Shown piece after piece: positions 9,345-19,617 of a stretch of 64,000 bases of DNA. A model generated the notes under the pieces. That model did no database searches. It was not told the origin of the DNA and saw only the letters and a list, made by a program, of their open reading frames with translations. The translations under genes were made by a program, and so were the position numbers. This stretch comes from an uncultured Candidatus Rokubacteria bacterium (GTDB taxonomy: Bacteria > Methylomirabilota > Methylomirabilia > Rokubacteriales > DASRDR01), in the NCBI GenBank assembly GCA_963708025.1, contig CAVPSB010000018.1, positions 224,001 through 288,000 of the forward strand, given 5' to 3'. Within the stretch, counting starts at the first letter, position 1. Every line of letters begins with the position of its first letter.

Positions 9345-10192
9345 CCCGCCGGCGGCGGCTCGGGTGGCGGGACGGGGCGGCCCGGATCGTCGTGTACGGG
9401 CTGCTCGGTCTCGCCGCGCTCGCGATGGCGTTTCCCTTCTACTGGATGGTGGTCACCACCGTGCGGCCCGAGCGCGAGGCCTACAGCGTCGCGCTGAGCC
9501 TCTGGCCCTCCCGGCTGTCCCTCGACGTCTACCGCAAGCTCCTCGCCGACCCGCAGCTCCCGGTCGTGCGGTTCTTCCTGAACAGCCTGATCATCGCCAC
9601 CGGCGCCACCGTCGCCAACGTCGGGACCGCGGTCCTCGCCGCCTTCGCGCTGGGCCGCCACGCCATCCCGGGCGGAGCCCTCGCGTACTACGCCATCGTG
9701 GCCACCATGATGGTGCCGGGGGAGGTGGTGCTGATCGGCCTGTTCCGGGTCGTCAACGCCCTCGGGCTGATCGACACGTACCTCGGCATGCTCCTCCCGC
9801 TGGCCGTGAACGCCGTGAACTTCCTGTTGATCTACAACTACATGCGGGCGCTGCCGCGGGAGCTCGACGAGGCGGCCCGCGTGGACGGCGCGACGAGCTG
9901 GCAGCAGCTCTGGCACGTGATGCTCCCGCTGTCCCGCCCCGTCCTCTACAGCGCCATGCTGCTGGCGTTCCTGGCCGCCTGGCAGAACTTCACGATCCCC
10001 TACCTCCTCGCCCAGAGCAACGCCATGTACCCGCTGGCGGTGGGCGCCCTGTTCACCGAGAGCACCCTCATGGCCACCAAGCAGGAGACGCTCACGCTCG
10101 CGACCATCCTCACGGTTCCCACCCTGCTCGTCTTCGTCCTCACGCAGCGGTTCGTCTTCTCCGGCATCACCGCCGGCGCGGTCAAGGGCTGA
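9341..10192 (+). CDS. Carbohydrate ABC transporter permease
   Basis: GTG overlapping upstream stop; LPRELDEAARVDGA; ends GAVKG. Confidence 0.93.
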   Translation: MTRRRRLGWRDGAARIVVYGLLGLAALAMAFPFYWMVVTTVRPEREAYSVALSLWPSRLSLDVYRKLLADPQLPVVRFFLNSLIIATGATVANVGTAVLAAFALGRHAIPGGALAYYAIVATMMVPGEVVLIGLFRVVNALGLIDTYLGMLLPLAVNAVNFLLIYNYMRALPRELDEAARVDGATSWQQLWHVMLPLSRPVLYSAMLLAFLAAWQNFTIPYLLAQSNAMYPLAVGALFTESTLMATKQETLTLATILTVPTLLVFVLTQRFVFSGITAGAVKG

Positions 10193-10197
10193 CCGGG

Positions 10198-11895
10198 ATG
10201 ACGGTGGAGGCCTCGATCCGGGTCGACGCCGAGCGGTGGCGGGGACCCCTCCGGCGCATCTGGGCCAGCATCGGCTACGACGAGATCAACTGGACCTACA
10301 CCGGACGCGGGAAGGCCCTCTACGCCACGCTGGGAGAGCTGGCCGAGGTGCCCTACCACGTCCGCAACCACAACGCCCTCACCAGCGGCAACGGCCTCTC
10401 GGAGCCCGCCCGCGGGTCCAGCAACGTCTACCAGGAGCGGCCCGACGGGACCCCGGCCTTCGACTTCGCCATCCTGGACCGGCTGTACGACACGATCACC
10501 GGCGCCGGGTTCCGGCCCATCGTCGAGCTGGGCTTCCTGCCCCGCGACCTGGTGCCGGTCGAGGTGGTGCCCGCCGGCTGGCGGCGGGACGTGGGCCGGG
10601 AGACGTACGAGGCGGACGGGCTCTGGAAATCCCCCCCGAAGGACCACGCTCGGTGGGAGGAGCTGGTGTACCAGGTCGTCCGGCACTGCGTCGAGCGCTA
10701 CGGACCGCGGACGGTGGAGCGCTGGCACTTCGAGGTGTGGAACGAGCCCGACCTCCCGAACTACTGGCGCGGCTCCTTCGAGGACTACTGCCGCCTCTAC
10801 GACCACGCGGTGGCGGGGGCGACCCGGGCCCTCCCGTCGGTCCGGATCGGCGGCCCGGCCACCACCGGCCCCGGGGACCCGGCGGCCCGGGAGTACCTGC
10901 GGCGGTTCCTCGAGCACTGCGGGTCGGGTCGCAACGCGGTGACCGGAGGGAAGGGCACCCGGCTCGACTTCGTGTCGTTCCACACCAAGGGCGCCCACTA
11001 CTCCCGGCGCCGGATCTACAACTGGCAGGCGCCGGTCGAGCGGGAGAGCCCGTCGAGCGCGTCGATGCTGCGCGACATCCGGGCCGGGCTGGAGACGGTC
11101 GCCGCCTTCCCGGCGCTCGGGGGACGCCCGGTCCTCGTCGACGAGTGCGACCCCGCGGTGGGGACGATCTACGGCGTCCACGACAACCCGAACTTCGCCG
11201 TGACCAACACCGAGTACTACCCGACGTTCCTCTGTGCCCTGATCCGGCGCGTCCTCGACCTCGACGCCGACTTCGGCGATCGGATCGCGCTGGTCACGAC
11301 CTGGGCGTTCTACATGGAGGGGAAGCGCTTCTTCGAGGGGAACCGGACGCTCGTCACCAACGACAACGTCGAGAAGCCGATCGTGAACGGGCTCCGCATG
11401 CTCGCCCGGCTCGGCGAGACGCGCCTGGACGTCGAAGCGTCCCACCGCCGGGACGTGCTGGGACCCGGCGCGGCGGACGCCGAGGTCGACGCGCTGGCCG
11501 CCGTCGCCGGAGAGCGGGTCACCGTGCTCGCCTGGCACCAGAGCGACCCGTGGTGGACCGAGGGCGCGGCCGAGGTCCACCTGACGGTGGCGGGGCTGCC
11601 GTTCGAGGGCCCGGCCCGCGTCCGGCACTGGCGCATCGACGGCGCCCACTCGAACGCGCACGGCGAGTGGGTGCGGCTGGGGCGTCCCGAGACCCCGTCG
11701 CCGGCCCAGGTCGCCCGGCTCAGGCGCCGTCAGGGCCTCGAGCTCCTGGAGCCGTCGCGTGTCGTGGTCCCGCCGCGGCGGACCCTCGAGTACCGGTTCC
11801 GGCTGCCGCTCCACGCGACCTCCCTGCTGGAGATCGAGCCGGCGACCGGGGCCCGGCCCGCCGCTCGCCGGCGCCGCCGCGCGCCCGGGGCGTGA
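10198..11895 (+). CDS. Glycoside hydrolase family 39 (beta-xylosidase-like)
   Basis: FEVWNEPD acid/base motif, IGGPA, LDFVSFHTKG, VLVDECDP, HSNA. Confidence 0.88.
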   Translation: MTVEASIRVDAERWRGPLRRIWASIGYDEINWTYTGRGKALYATLGELAEVPYHVRNHNALTSGNGLSEPARGSSNVYQERPDGTPAFDFAILDRLYDTITGAGFRPIVELGFLPRDLVPVEVVPAGWRRDVGRETYEADGLWKSPPKDHARWEELVYQVVRHCVERYGPRTVERWHFEVWNEPDLPNYWRGSFEDYCRLYDHAVAGATRALPSVRIGGPATTGPGDPAAREYLRRFLEHCGSGRNAVTGGKGTRLDFVSFHTKGAHYSRRRIYNWQAPVERESPSSASMLRDIRAGLETVAAFPALGGRPVLVDECDPAVGTIYGVHDNPNFAVTNTEYYPTFLCALIRRVLDLDADFGDRIALVTTWAFYMEGKRFFEGNRTLVTNDNVEKPIVNGLRMLARLGETRLDVEASHRRDVLGPGAADAEVDALAAVAGERVTVLAWHQSDPWWTEGAAEVHLTVAGLPFEGPARVRHWRIDGAHSNAHGEWVRLGRPETPSPAQVARLRRRQGLELLEPSRVVVPPRRTLEYRFRLPLHATSLLEIEPATGARPAARRRRRAPGA

Positions 11896-11934
11896 CGCTC
11901 CCGAGGGGCCCGGTCGGCCGCTCGGCGACTCCGT

Positions 11935-11944
11935 GTGCTATAAT
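11935..11944 (+). promoter_or_regulatory. Extended -10 promoter (TGnTATAAT)
   Basis: GTGCTATAAT about 75 nt upstream of ABC ATPase start. Confidence 0.55.
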
Positions 11945-12018
11945 TCCTCGCCGAAGGACCGCTTGACGTCTTCAGGAAAGCCCTTGACGCCGGTCGCGAC
12001 CCAATTGATGGAGCGCAC

Positions 12019-13014
12019 ATGATCGAGGTCGACCGCCTGACGAAGTACTACGGAGCCACGCCCGCCATCCAGGACGTGTCCTTCTCGGTGGAGAAGGGGT
12101 CGATCGTCGGCTTCCTCGGCCCCAACGGGGCCGGGAAGACGACGACGATGCGCATCCTGTCCTGCTTCATGCCGGCCTCGAGCGGCGTCGCCCGGGTGGC
12201 CGGCTACGACTGCTTCGAGCAGTCCCTGGAGGTCCGCAAGCGGATCGGCTACCTCCCCGAGAACGTCCCGCTGTACGGCGACATGACGGTGGCCGCCTAC
12301 CTCGACTTCGTCGGCGACATCAAGGGGCTGGGGCGGGCAGACCGGCGGCGCCGGGTCGGCGAGGTGATGGCGCGCTGCCTGATCGAGGACGTCCGGGGCC
12401 GCCTGATCGGTCGCCTCTCCAAGGGCTACCGGCAGCGGGTCGGCCTGGCCCAGGCGCTCGTCGCCGACCCCGAGGTCTTGATCCTCGACGAGCCGACGAT
12501 CGGGCTCGACCCCAAGCAGATCATCGAGATCCGGTCGCTCATCAAGTCCCTGGCCGGCGCGCACACCGTCATCCTGTCCACCCACATCCTCCCCGAGGTC
12601 TCGATGGTCTGCGACGGTGTCATCATCATCAACCGGGGCCGGATCGTCGCCAAGGGCCCGCTCGACCGGCTGATGCGGGAGCTGGCGCCGGGCCAGCGGG
12701 TGCAGCTCCAGGTGGAGGGGCCGCTCGAGCTGGTCGCCGCGTCGCTGCGAGCGCTCCCGGGCGTGACCCGGGTCGAGACCCGTGGCGGGGCCGACGGGGT
12801 CGGGACCTTCGTGGTCGAGGCCGACCGCGCCCGGGACGTCCGGCGCGACCTGTTCCAGCTCGTGAGCCAGCAGCGCTGGGCGCTCCTCGAGCTGCGGCCG
12901 CTCGGGCTCTCGCTGGAGGACGTCTTCATCCGGATCGTGGCCGGCGAGGAGCACGAGGCGACGGCCGATCAGGCGGCGGCCGCCGACAGCACCGAGGAGG
13001 TGGAGGCGCGATGA
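12019..13014 (+). CDS. ABC-2 type transporter ATP-binding protein (GldA-like)
   Basis: GPNGAGKTT, LSKGYRQR, ILDEPT. Confidence 0.93.
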   Translation: MIEVDRLTKYYGATPAIQDVSFSVEKGSIVGFLGPNGAGKTTTMRILSCFMPASSGVARVAGYDCFEQSLEVRKRIGYLPENVPLYGDMTVAAYLDFVGDIKGLGRADRRRRVGEVMARCLIEDVRGRLIGRLSKGYRQRVGLAQALVADPEVLILDEPTIGLDPKQIIEIRSLIKSLAGAHTVILSTHILPEVSMVCDGVIIINRGRIVAKGPLDRLMRELAPGQRVQLQVEGPLELVAASLRALPGVTRVETRGGADGVGTFVVEADRARDVRRDLFQLVSQQRWALLELRPLGLSLEDVFIRIVAGEEHEATADQAAAADSTEEVEAR

Positions 13015-13778
13015 GGGTCTGGGCGGTCTTCAAGAAGGAGATGCGGCTGTACTTCAGCTCGCCCATCGCGTACGTGGTCTTCGCCATCTTCACGCTGATC
13101 GCCGGCTGGTTCTTCTACAACGTCTTCGCCTACTACACCCTCATCAGCATGCAGTCGGCCATGAATCCCATGATGGCCCGCGACATGTCGGTCACCGAGG
13201 GCGTGCTGCGGCCGCTCTTCCAGAACATCAGCGTGATCCTGCTCTTTCTGCTGCCGCTCCTCACCATGCGGCTCTTCGCCGAGGAGAAGAAGAGCGGCAC
13301 CATCGAGCTCCTGCTGACCTATCCGGTCCGCGACGGCGAGGTGCTGATGGGCAAGTACCTGGCCGCCCTGGCCGTCTTCGTGGTGATGCTCACGCTGACG
13401 CTCCTCTACCCCGCGCTGGTGGCGTGGGCGACCTCGCTCGAGTGGGGCCCCCTGGCCACCGGCTACCTCGGCCTCCTCCTCCAGGGCGCGGTCTTCATCG
13501 GCATCGGGATCCTCATCTCGTCGCTCACCGAGAACCAGGTGGTGGCCGGCGTGGGGACCTTCGGCATCCTCCTGTTCCTGTGGGTCATCTCGTGGGCCGC
13601 GGACTCGGCCGGCGGCACCCTGGGCCGCGTCCTCTCCCACGTGTCGGTGACGGAGCACTTCGACTCGTTCGCCCGGGGCGTCATCGACACCAAGGACGTC
13701 ATCTACTACCTGAACCTGATCATCCTGAGCCTGTTCCTGACGCTCCGCTCGCTCGAATCGAAGCGGTGGCGAGGGTAG
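13011..13778 (+). CDS. ABC-2 type transporter permease (GldF-like)
   Basis: YFSSPIAY, TMRLFAEEKKSGTIELLLT, HFDSFARGVIDTKD. Confidence 0.92.
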   Translation: MRVWAVFKKEMRLYFSSPIAYVVFAIFTLIAGWFFYNVFAYYTLISMQSAMNPMMARDMSVTEGVLRPLFQNISVILLFLLPLLTMRLFAEEKKSGTIELLLTYPVRDGEVLMGKYLAALAVFVVMLTLTLLYPALVAWATSLEWGPLATGYLGLLLQGAVFIGIGILISSLTENQVVAGVGTFGILLFLWVISWAADSAGGTLGRVLSHVSVTEHFDSFARGVIDTKDVIYYLNLIILSLFLTLRSLESKRWRG

Positions 13779-13782
13779 GACC

Positions 13783-15345
13783 ATGCAGCGATTCGCGACC
13801 CCCGCGCTCCTCCTCGGCCTGATCGGCATCGCCGCCGGCTATGCCTTGCGCTTCTATCGCCCCTCCTGGACGGCCGCCTGGCCGGCGGCGCTGATCGTCG
13901 GCGGCCTGCTGCTCCTGTTCGGGCTCTACGCCAGCTTCCCGAACGCCCGCTCGGTCTGGGGCCGGCGGACGACCCGGTACGGGCTGAACGCCGCGGTCAT
14001 GATCGTCCTCATCTTCGGCGTGATCGCGCTGGTGGAGGCGGTGTCCTATCGCCACAACTGGCGGGTCGACCTCACCGAGAACAAGCGGCAGAGCCTGTCG
14101 CCCCAGACCGCCAAGGTGCTCAAGGAGCTGAAGGCGCCGGTCAAGGCCATCGCGTTCCTGCGGCCCGACATCCCGGGCAAGCGGACGACCGAGGACCGGC
14201 TGAAGCTCTACGCCGCCAACTCGGACGGGAAGTTCTCGTGGGAGACCATCGACGCGGACAGCAACCCGCTCCGGGCGACCCGGTACGGCGTCACGACCTA
14301 CGGCACCATCGTGCTGGAAGCCGAGGTGAAGAAGGGCGAGGTCCGGGAGGAGAAGGTCCAGGACGCGGAAGAGGAGACCCTGACCAACGCGCTGATTCGC
14401 GTGACCCGCGAGGGCAAGCGCGTCGTGTACTTCCTCAAGGGCCACGGCGAGAAGGAGCTGGCCGGCAACGAGCGGAACGGCCTGTCCCAGCTCAAGGCGG
14501 CCCTCGAGAAGGTGAACTACGAGACGAAGGACCTCCTGCTGGCCCGCGAAGCGAAGGTGCCGGACGACGCCGGGATCGTCGTGGTGGCGGGTCCCGAGAA
14601 GGACCTGCTGCCGAACGAGATGGATGCCCTGGCGGGCTACGTCGGCCGGGGCGGCCGACTCTTGCTGATGGCGGATCCCTTCAAGGCCCCGGGACTCGGG
14701 GGGCTGGTCGAGCGCTACGGCATCGGGCTCGACAACGACGTGATCATCGACGTGAGCGGGCTGGGCCAGATGTTCAACACCGGCCCCGAGGTCCCCATCG
14801 TCGCCGACTACCCGGCGCACCCCGTCACCCAGGGGTTCCGCCTGATCACGGCGTTCCCGGTCGCCCGCAGCATCACCGTGAAGGAGAAGCCGGCGGAGGG
14901 GGTCACGGCACAGGTCCTGGCACGGACGAGCCCGGAGAGCTGGGGCGAGACCAACCAGGAGCAGATCAAGACGGGGCAGGTGAAGCCGGATCCCGGCGAG
15001 ACGAGGGGCCCGCTGGCGGTCGCCGCCGCCGCCACCGTCAACGTCAAGGCCACGCACGCGGACCAGAAGGGCGCGAAGGCGCGGCTGGTCGTCGTCGGCG
15101 ACTCGGACTTCGCCTCGAACCTAGCCTTCAACGCCCAGGGCAACCGGGACTTCGTCCTCAACATCCTGGCCTGGCTGGCCGGCGAGGAGAACGTGATCTC
15201 GATCCGGCCCAAGGACGCGCGCAACTCTCCGGTCTTCCTCACCGCCACCCAGGGCTACGTCCTCTTCTGGCTGCCGGTCGTCGTGCTGCCGATCGCGATG
15301 ATCGTGGCCGGCGTGGTGGCGGTCGCGCAGAAGCGGGGCAAGTAG
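13783..15345 (+). CDS. GldG-family ABC transporter auxiliary component
   Basis: DLTENKRQSLS, VYFLKGHGEK, LVVVGDSDF, GNRDFVLN, C-terminal TM. Confidence 0.9.
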   Translation: MQRFATPALLLGLIGIAAGYALRFYRPSWTAAWPAALIVGGLLLLFGLYASFPNARSVWGRRTTRYGLNAAVMIVLIFGVIALVEAVSYRHNWRVDLTENKRQSLSPQTAKVLKELKAPVKAIAFLRPDIPGKRTTEDRLKLYAANSDGKFSWETIDADSNPLRATRYGVTTYGTIVLEAEVKKGEVREEKVQDAEEETLTNALIRVTREGKRVVYFLKGHGEKELAGNERNGLSQLKAALEKVNYETKDLLLAREAKVPDDAGIVVVAGPEKDLLPNEMDALAGYVGRGGRLLLMADPFKAPGLGGLVERYGIGLDNDVIIDVSGLGQMFNTGPEVPIVADYPAHPVTQGFRLITAFPVARSITVKEKPAEGVTAQVLARTSPESWGETNQEQIKTGQVKPDPGETRGPLAVAAAATVNVKATHADQKGAKARLVVVGDSDFASNLAFNAQGNRDFVLNILAWLAGEENVISIRPKDARNSPVFLTATQGYVLFWLPVVVLPIAMIVAGVVAVAQKRGK

Positions 15346-15351
15346 GCGGTC

Positions 15352-17115
15352 ATGCGCTGGAAGACGAACGCCGTCCTGGCGGTCCTCCTGATCGGGCTGG
15401 CGACCTTCTTCTACGTGTACGAGGTCCGGCAGGGGCCGGCCCGGGAGAAGGCCACCACCGACAAGGATCGGGTCTGGAAGAGCGTCGAGGCGAAGGACAT
15501 CGAGGAGGTGGCCATCACCCGGAAGGGTGAGACCGTCCAGCTCAAGAAGTCCGGGGAGGCCTGGACGCTGGAGTCCCCGGTCCAGAGCCGGGCCGAGTCC
15601 CAGCCGGTCCAGGACCTGCTGACCTCCCTGGCCACGCTGCGGATCGAGCGGGAGCTCGACCCGAACGCCGGGAAGCTGTCCGATTACGGCCTCGAAGCCC
15701 CGGCCGCCGACGTCGCCTTCAGCGCCAAGGGCGAGAAGCACCGGGTCTGGCTCGGCGCGAAGACCCCGACCGGCACCTGGGTGTACGCCCGGCTGGATGA
15801 CAAGCCCGCCGTCGTCCTGGTCCCCGACTCGCTGCTCCGGGACGCCGAGAAGCCGGTGGCCGACTTCCGGGACCGGACCGTGATCGCCTTCGAGCGGAAG
15901 GACGTCAAGGGGCTCGAGATCAAGACGCCGGGCGGCCCGAGCGTGGCGGCCCAGCTCAAGGGCGACCAGTGGGCGCTGACCAGCCCGCTGGCGGTGGCCG
16001 CCGACCGGGACCAGATCTCCTCGCTCCTCGACAAGGTGAAGGCCGCCAAGATCAAGGAGTTCGTGACCGAGCCGCCGCCGAAGACCCCGGATCCCTACGG
16101 CCTCGAGCGCCCGCTGGCGGTGACCTTGTGGCTCGGGGAAGAGAAGGACCGCGCGGCCCGGACCCTCCGGCTCGGCAAGGCGATCCCCGACAAGAAGGTG
16201 GTCTACGCCCAGCGCGAGGGCGACCCGACCGTCTTCACCGTGGAAGACGCGCTGGTGCAGGCGGTGCCGACCTCCGCCACCGCGCTCCGGGACAAGACGG
16301 TCTTCACCTACGACCGGGGGAAGCTCGAGCGGTTCGAGCTGGAGAGCCCGAAGGGGAAGGTCGCCGCGACGATCGAGGGCGGCGCCTGGAAGCTCACCGC
16401 CCCGGCCCCGCTCAAGGCCGACGAGTCCACGATCAACGAGCTGCTCGGGAAGGTCCGCGACCTCCGGGCCAAGGACTTCGTCGCCGAGGACGCCAAGGCC
16501 CTGGCCCGCTACGGTCTGGATCACCCCCAGGTTCGGCTCTCGGTGTGGGAGAAGGACGCCAAGGAGCCGAAGAGCCTCCTGCTGGCGCCGGGCAAGGAGA
16601 AGGACCAGGCCTACGCGACGACCTCCACCGGGGGCGTGGTCGTGGCGGTGGACGCCAAGGCTCTCGCGGACCTGTCGCGCTCGCCCCAGGACCTGCGCGA
16701 CCACTCGCTCTTCGCCGGCTTCGACCCCGGCGACGTCGCCAAGGTCGCCATCCAGCGGAAGGACCAGACGCTGGTCCTGGAGCGCACGGGTCCGGAGGAC
16801 TGGAAGCTCGTGGCCCCCAAGAGCGGCAAGGCGCGCGGCCAGAAGGTGAGCGACCTCCTCTGGACCCTGCGGAGCCTCCGGTGGCGCGACCTCGTCGCGG
16901 AGCAGGGCTGGGAGCCGGCCCGCTACGGCCTGGACGCCCCGGCGGCGACGATCACGCTCACCGGCAAGGACGGCAAGACGATCGGGGCGCTTGCCATCGG
17001 CGGTCGCGACAAGGGTGACGCCTACGTCCGGCTGCCCGACCAGCCCGCGCTCTACGCGGTCGAGTCCCGGACCCTGGGCGAGCTGCCCGCCACCCCCGAA
17101 GACCTGCTCCTCTGA
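15352..17115 (+). CDS. DUF4340 domain protein (three tandem domains)
   Basis: N-terminal anchor, repeated YGL..P motifs, typical fourth gene of GldA/F/G-like operons. Confidence 0.85.
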   Translation: MRWKTNAVLAVLLIGLATFFYVYEVRQGPAREKATTDKDRVWKSVEAKDIEEVAITRKGETVQLKKSGEAWTLESPVQSRAESQPVQDLLTSLATLRIERELDPNAGKLSDYGLEAPAADVAFSAKGEKHRVWLGAKTPTGTWVYARLDDKPAVVLVPDSLLRDAEKPVADFRDRTVIAFERKDVKGLEIKTPGGPSVAAQLKGDQWALTSPLAVAADRDQISSLLDKVKAAKIKEFVTEPPPKTPDPYGLERPLAVTLWLGEEKDRAARTLRLGKAIPDKKVVYAQREGDPTVFTVEDALVQAVPTSATALRDKTVFTYDRGKLERFELESPKGKVAATIEGGAWKLTAPAPLKADESTINELLGKVRDLRAKDFVAEDAKALARYGLDHPQVRLSVWEKDAKEPKSLLLAPGKEKDQAYATTSTGGVVVAVDAKALADLSRSPQDLRDHSLFAGFDPGDVAKVAIQRKDQTLVLERTGPEDWKLVAPKSGKARGQKVSDLLWTLRSLRWRDLVAEQGWEPARYGLDAPAATITLTGKDGKTIGALAIGGRDKGDAYVRLPDQPALYAVESRTLGELPATPEDLLL

Positions 17116-17120
17116 GATTT

Positions 17121-17272
17121 TCGGGACCTCCCGCCCACCCGATCCTTCGACGGCCTTCGGCCTTTGGCCCCCCTCCCGTCTGACCGGATCGCCGGGACGG
17201 CTCGGGCCTGCGGCCCTCGCGGCGTCCCGCCCTCCGGCGGCCACTGGGGGGAGGGGGGAGCCGGAGGTCCCC
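17121..17272 (-). repeat. Family C repeat, copy 2 (long form)
   Basis: Reverse complement of the 47400 copy; ends GGGACCTCC / GGAGGTCCC. Confidence 0.8.
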
Positions 17273-17342
17273 ATGGCTTCGCACCCCTTCGTCCTGGACT
17301 CCGTGGGGAGAGCCCCGTGAAGGACTCGCGGCAGGGCCCGAG

Positions 17343-18020
17343 ATGAACGCGTCCGACGGCTCGTCGCTCTACGTCAGGCAGCTGGAGCTGGGGCCGATGC
17401 AGAACTTCGTCTACCTGGTCGGGGACCGCACGGCCGGGGAGTGCGTGGTCGTGGACCCCGCCTGGGAGATCGACGCCATCCTCGGCGCCGCCGAGGCCGA
17501 CGGCATGCGCATCACCGGCGCCCTCGTCACCCACGCCCACCCCGACCACGTCGGCGGGGACCTCTTCGGCATGGACATCCCGGGCGTGGCGGATCTGCTC
17601 GAGCGCGCCCCGGCCCGGGTCTACGCCAACGCGGCCGAGTGCCAGTTCCTGCCCGGCTTCGGGTCGGACCTCGTCCCGGTCGAGGCCGGCGCCGAGCTGA
17701 CCATCGGGCGGCTTCACCTCACGTTCATCCACACCCCGGGCCACACGCCCGGCTCCCAGTGCTTCTACGTCGACGGCCGCCTGATCTCCGGGGACACGCT
17801 GTTCATCGGCGGCTGCGGGCGGACCGACCTGCCGGGTGGAGATCCCGCCGAGATGCACCGGAGCCTGACCCAGCGCCTGGCCAAGCTGCCCGACGACACC
17901 GTGCTGCTCCCCGGCCACAACTACGGCGGCCCGTCCTCCACCATCGGCGACGAGAAGCGCCAGAACCCTTTCATGCGCGTCGAGCTGAGCGACTTCCTCC
18001 GCGCCATGGGCCGCGGCTGA
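17343..18020 (+). CDS. MBL-fold metallo-hydrolase (glyoxalase II-like)
   Basis: THAHPDH, HTPGHTPGS, SGDTLF, PGHNY. Confidence 0.93.
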   Translation: MNASDGSSLYVRQLELGPMQNFVYLVGDRTAGECVVVDPAWEIDAILGAAEADGMRITGALVTHAHPDHVGGDLFGMDIPGVADLLERAPARVYANAAECQFLPGFGSDLVPVEAGAELTIGRLHLTFIHTPGHTPGSQCFYVDGRLISGDTLFIGGCGRTDLPGGDPAEMHRSLTQRLAKLPDDTVLLPGHNYGGPSSTIGDEKRQNPFMRVELSDFLRAMGRG

Positions 18021-18024
18021 AACC

Positions 18025-18047
18025 TTCGGGGGACTGGTCCCCCGAAT
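18025..18047. terminator. Hairpin downstream of MBL hydrolase
   Basis: TTCGGGGGAC-TG-GTCCCCCGAA perfect inverted repeat. Confidence 0.5.
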
Positions 18048-18164
18048 AGGCGGAGCGATCCGGGACTTCCGCACCGCGGTGCTGAAGCAGATCGAGCAGA
18101 TCGCCCGGGTCGAGATCGAGCAGCTCGGCCCCGGCTGACGGGCCGGCCGGGCCGGCCGAACCGG

Positions 18165-18809
18165 TCAGGCCGTGGCGATGCCGCCCCGCTCGATCACGTA
18201 GACGTGGTCGAGGACGCGGCCGAGCAGCTTGGCGTCGGACTCTGCTACCAGCGCCGAGACGCCGAGCCGCCGCGCGTCGGCGACCACCTCGGCAATCCGC
18301 TCCGCCAGCGCCGGGGCCACGCCCTCCAGGGGCTCGTCGAGCAGGAGGAGCCGCCTACCGCAGATGAGCGCGCGGGCCAGGGCCACGATCTTCTGCTGGC
18401 CGCCGGAGAGCTGGGACGCCCGGCGCCGGGCCAGCGGCACCAGCTCCGGGATGACCCCGTACGTGCGCTGGAGACGGTCGGCGGTCTCGGCCGAGCGCGT
18501 CGCCCACGCCGGCACCAGGATGTTGTCCTCGACGGTCAGCTCGGGGACGAGCCGGCGGTCCTCGGGCATGTACCCGATGCCGAGGTGGGCGCGCCGAAAC
18601 GGAGGGCTCGCCCGGAGGTCGATACTCTCGAAGCGCATGGATCCCGAGCGGACCGGCAGGGCGCCCATGATGGTGCGGAGGAGCGTGGTCTTGCCGGCGC
18701 CGTTCCGGCCGATGACCCCGCATAGCGACCCGGCCGGCACCCGGAGAGAGACGCCCCGCAGGATGGGCGAGCCCGCCAGGCCGACCTCCAGATCCTCGAC
18801 CTCAAGCAC
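18165..18809 (-). CDS. Branched-chain amino acid ABC ATP-binding protein (LivF-like)
   Basis: GRNGAGKTT, LSGGQQK, LLDEPLEG. Confidence 0.92.
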   Translation of the reverse strand: MLEVEDLEVGLAGSPILRGVSLRVPAGSLCGVIGRNGAGKTTLLRTIMGALPVRSGSMRFESIDLRASPPFRRAHLGIGYMPEDRRLVPELTVEDNILVPAWATRSAETADRLQRTYGVIPELVPLARRRASQLSGGQQKIVALARALICGRRLLLLDEPLEGVAPALAERIAEVVADARRLGVSALVAESDAKLLGRVLDHVYVIERGGIATA

Positions 18810-19617
18810 CGCCGGGTCCGCCCCCCGCCGGCGTCGCCGGCACCGCCCGGCCGGCGCGATCGGCCCGGCGGCCGATCACGTGCTCGCGGATCTTCGGATC
18901 GGCGAGGACGACCCCGGTCGGGCCGTCGGCCAGGATCCGGCCCTCGTGGAAGGCGAGGACGCGCGTGCCGTAGCGCTCGACGATGTCGATGTCGTGCTCG
19001 ATGAAGATCACGGTCGCCTGGCGGCGGGCGAGGGCGGCCATCACGATGTCCATCAGCCCGAACTTCTCTTCCGTGCTGATGCCGCTGGTCGGCTCGTCGA
19101 GCAGGAGGAGCGTCGCCGGGCGGGCAGTGGCCATGGCGATGTCGAGCAGCTTGCGGACGCCCTGGGGCACGACGGCGGCCGGGCGGTCGCGATAGTCGGC
19201 GATCTGGTAGGTGGCCAGGAAAGCCTCGCAGGCCGCGCGCCGCGCCGGGGTGTCGAGCGTGGAGAGCGCCGTCCGGCCGGGCTCGGCCAGGCCGTGGGCG
19301 ATCATGAGGTTGTCGAGCACGGACAGGGTCGCGAAGACCTGGGGCACCTGGAAGGAGCGGCACACCCCCAGCCGGGTGACCGCGCGCGGCGGCAGCCCCA
19401 CCAGGTCCCGTCCGCGGAAGCGGATCACGCCGGAGCTGGGCTTCGTGTAGCCGGTGATCATGTTGACGAAGGTCGTCTTGCCGGCGCCGTTGGCGCCGAT
19501 GATGCTGACGACCTCCCCGGCGGCGACCGACACGCTGATGTCCTGGGCCGCCGCCACGCGGCCGAACAGCTTGTTGAGCCCCCGGACTTCCAGAACCGGG
19601 AGGACCGGGGGCGTCAT
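18802..19617 (-). CDS. Branched-chain amino acid ABC ATP-binding protein (LivG-like)
   Basis: GANGAGKTT, RSFQ, LLDEPTSG, IEHD. Confidence 0.92.
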   Translation of the reverse strand: MTPPVLPVLEVRGLNKLFGRVAAAQDISVSVAAGEVVSIIGANGAGKTTFVNMITGYTKPSSGVIRFRGRDLVGLPPRAVTRLGVCRSFQVPQVFATLSVLDNLMIAHGLAEPGRTALSTLDTPARRAACEAFLATYQIADYRDRPAAVVPQGVRKLLDIAMATARPATLLLLDEPTSGISTEEKFGLMDIVMAALARRQATVIFIEHDIDIVERYGTRVLAFHEGRILADGPTGVVLADPKIREHVIGRRADRAGRAVPATPAGGGPGGA

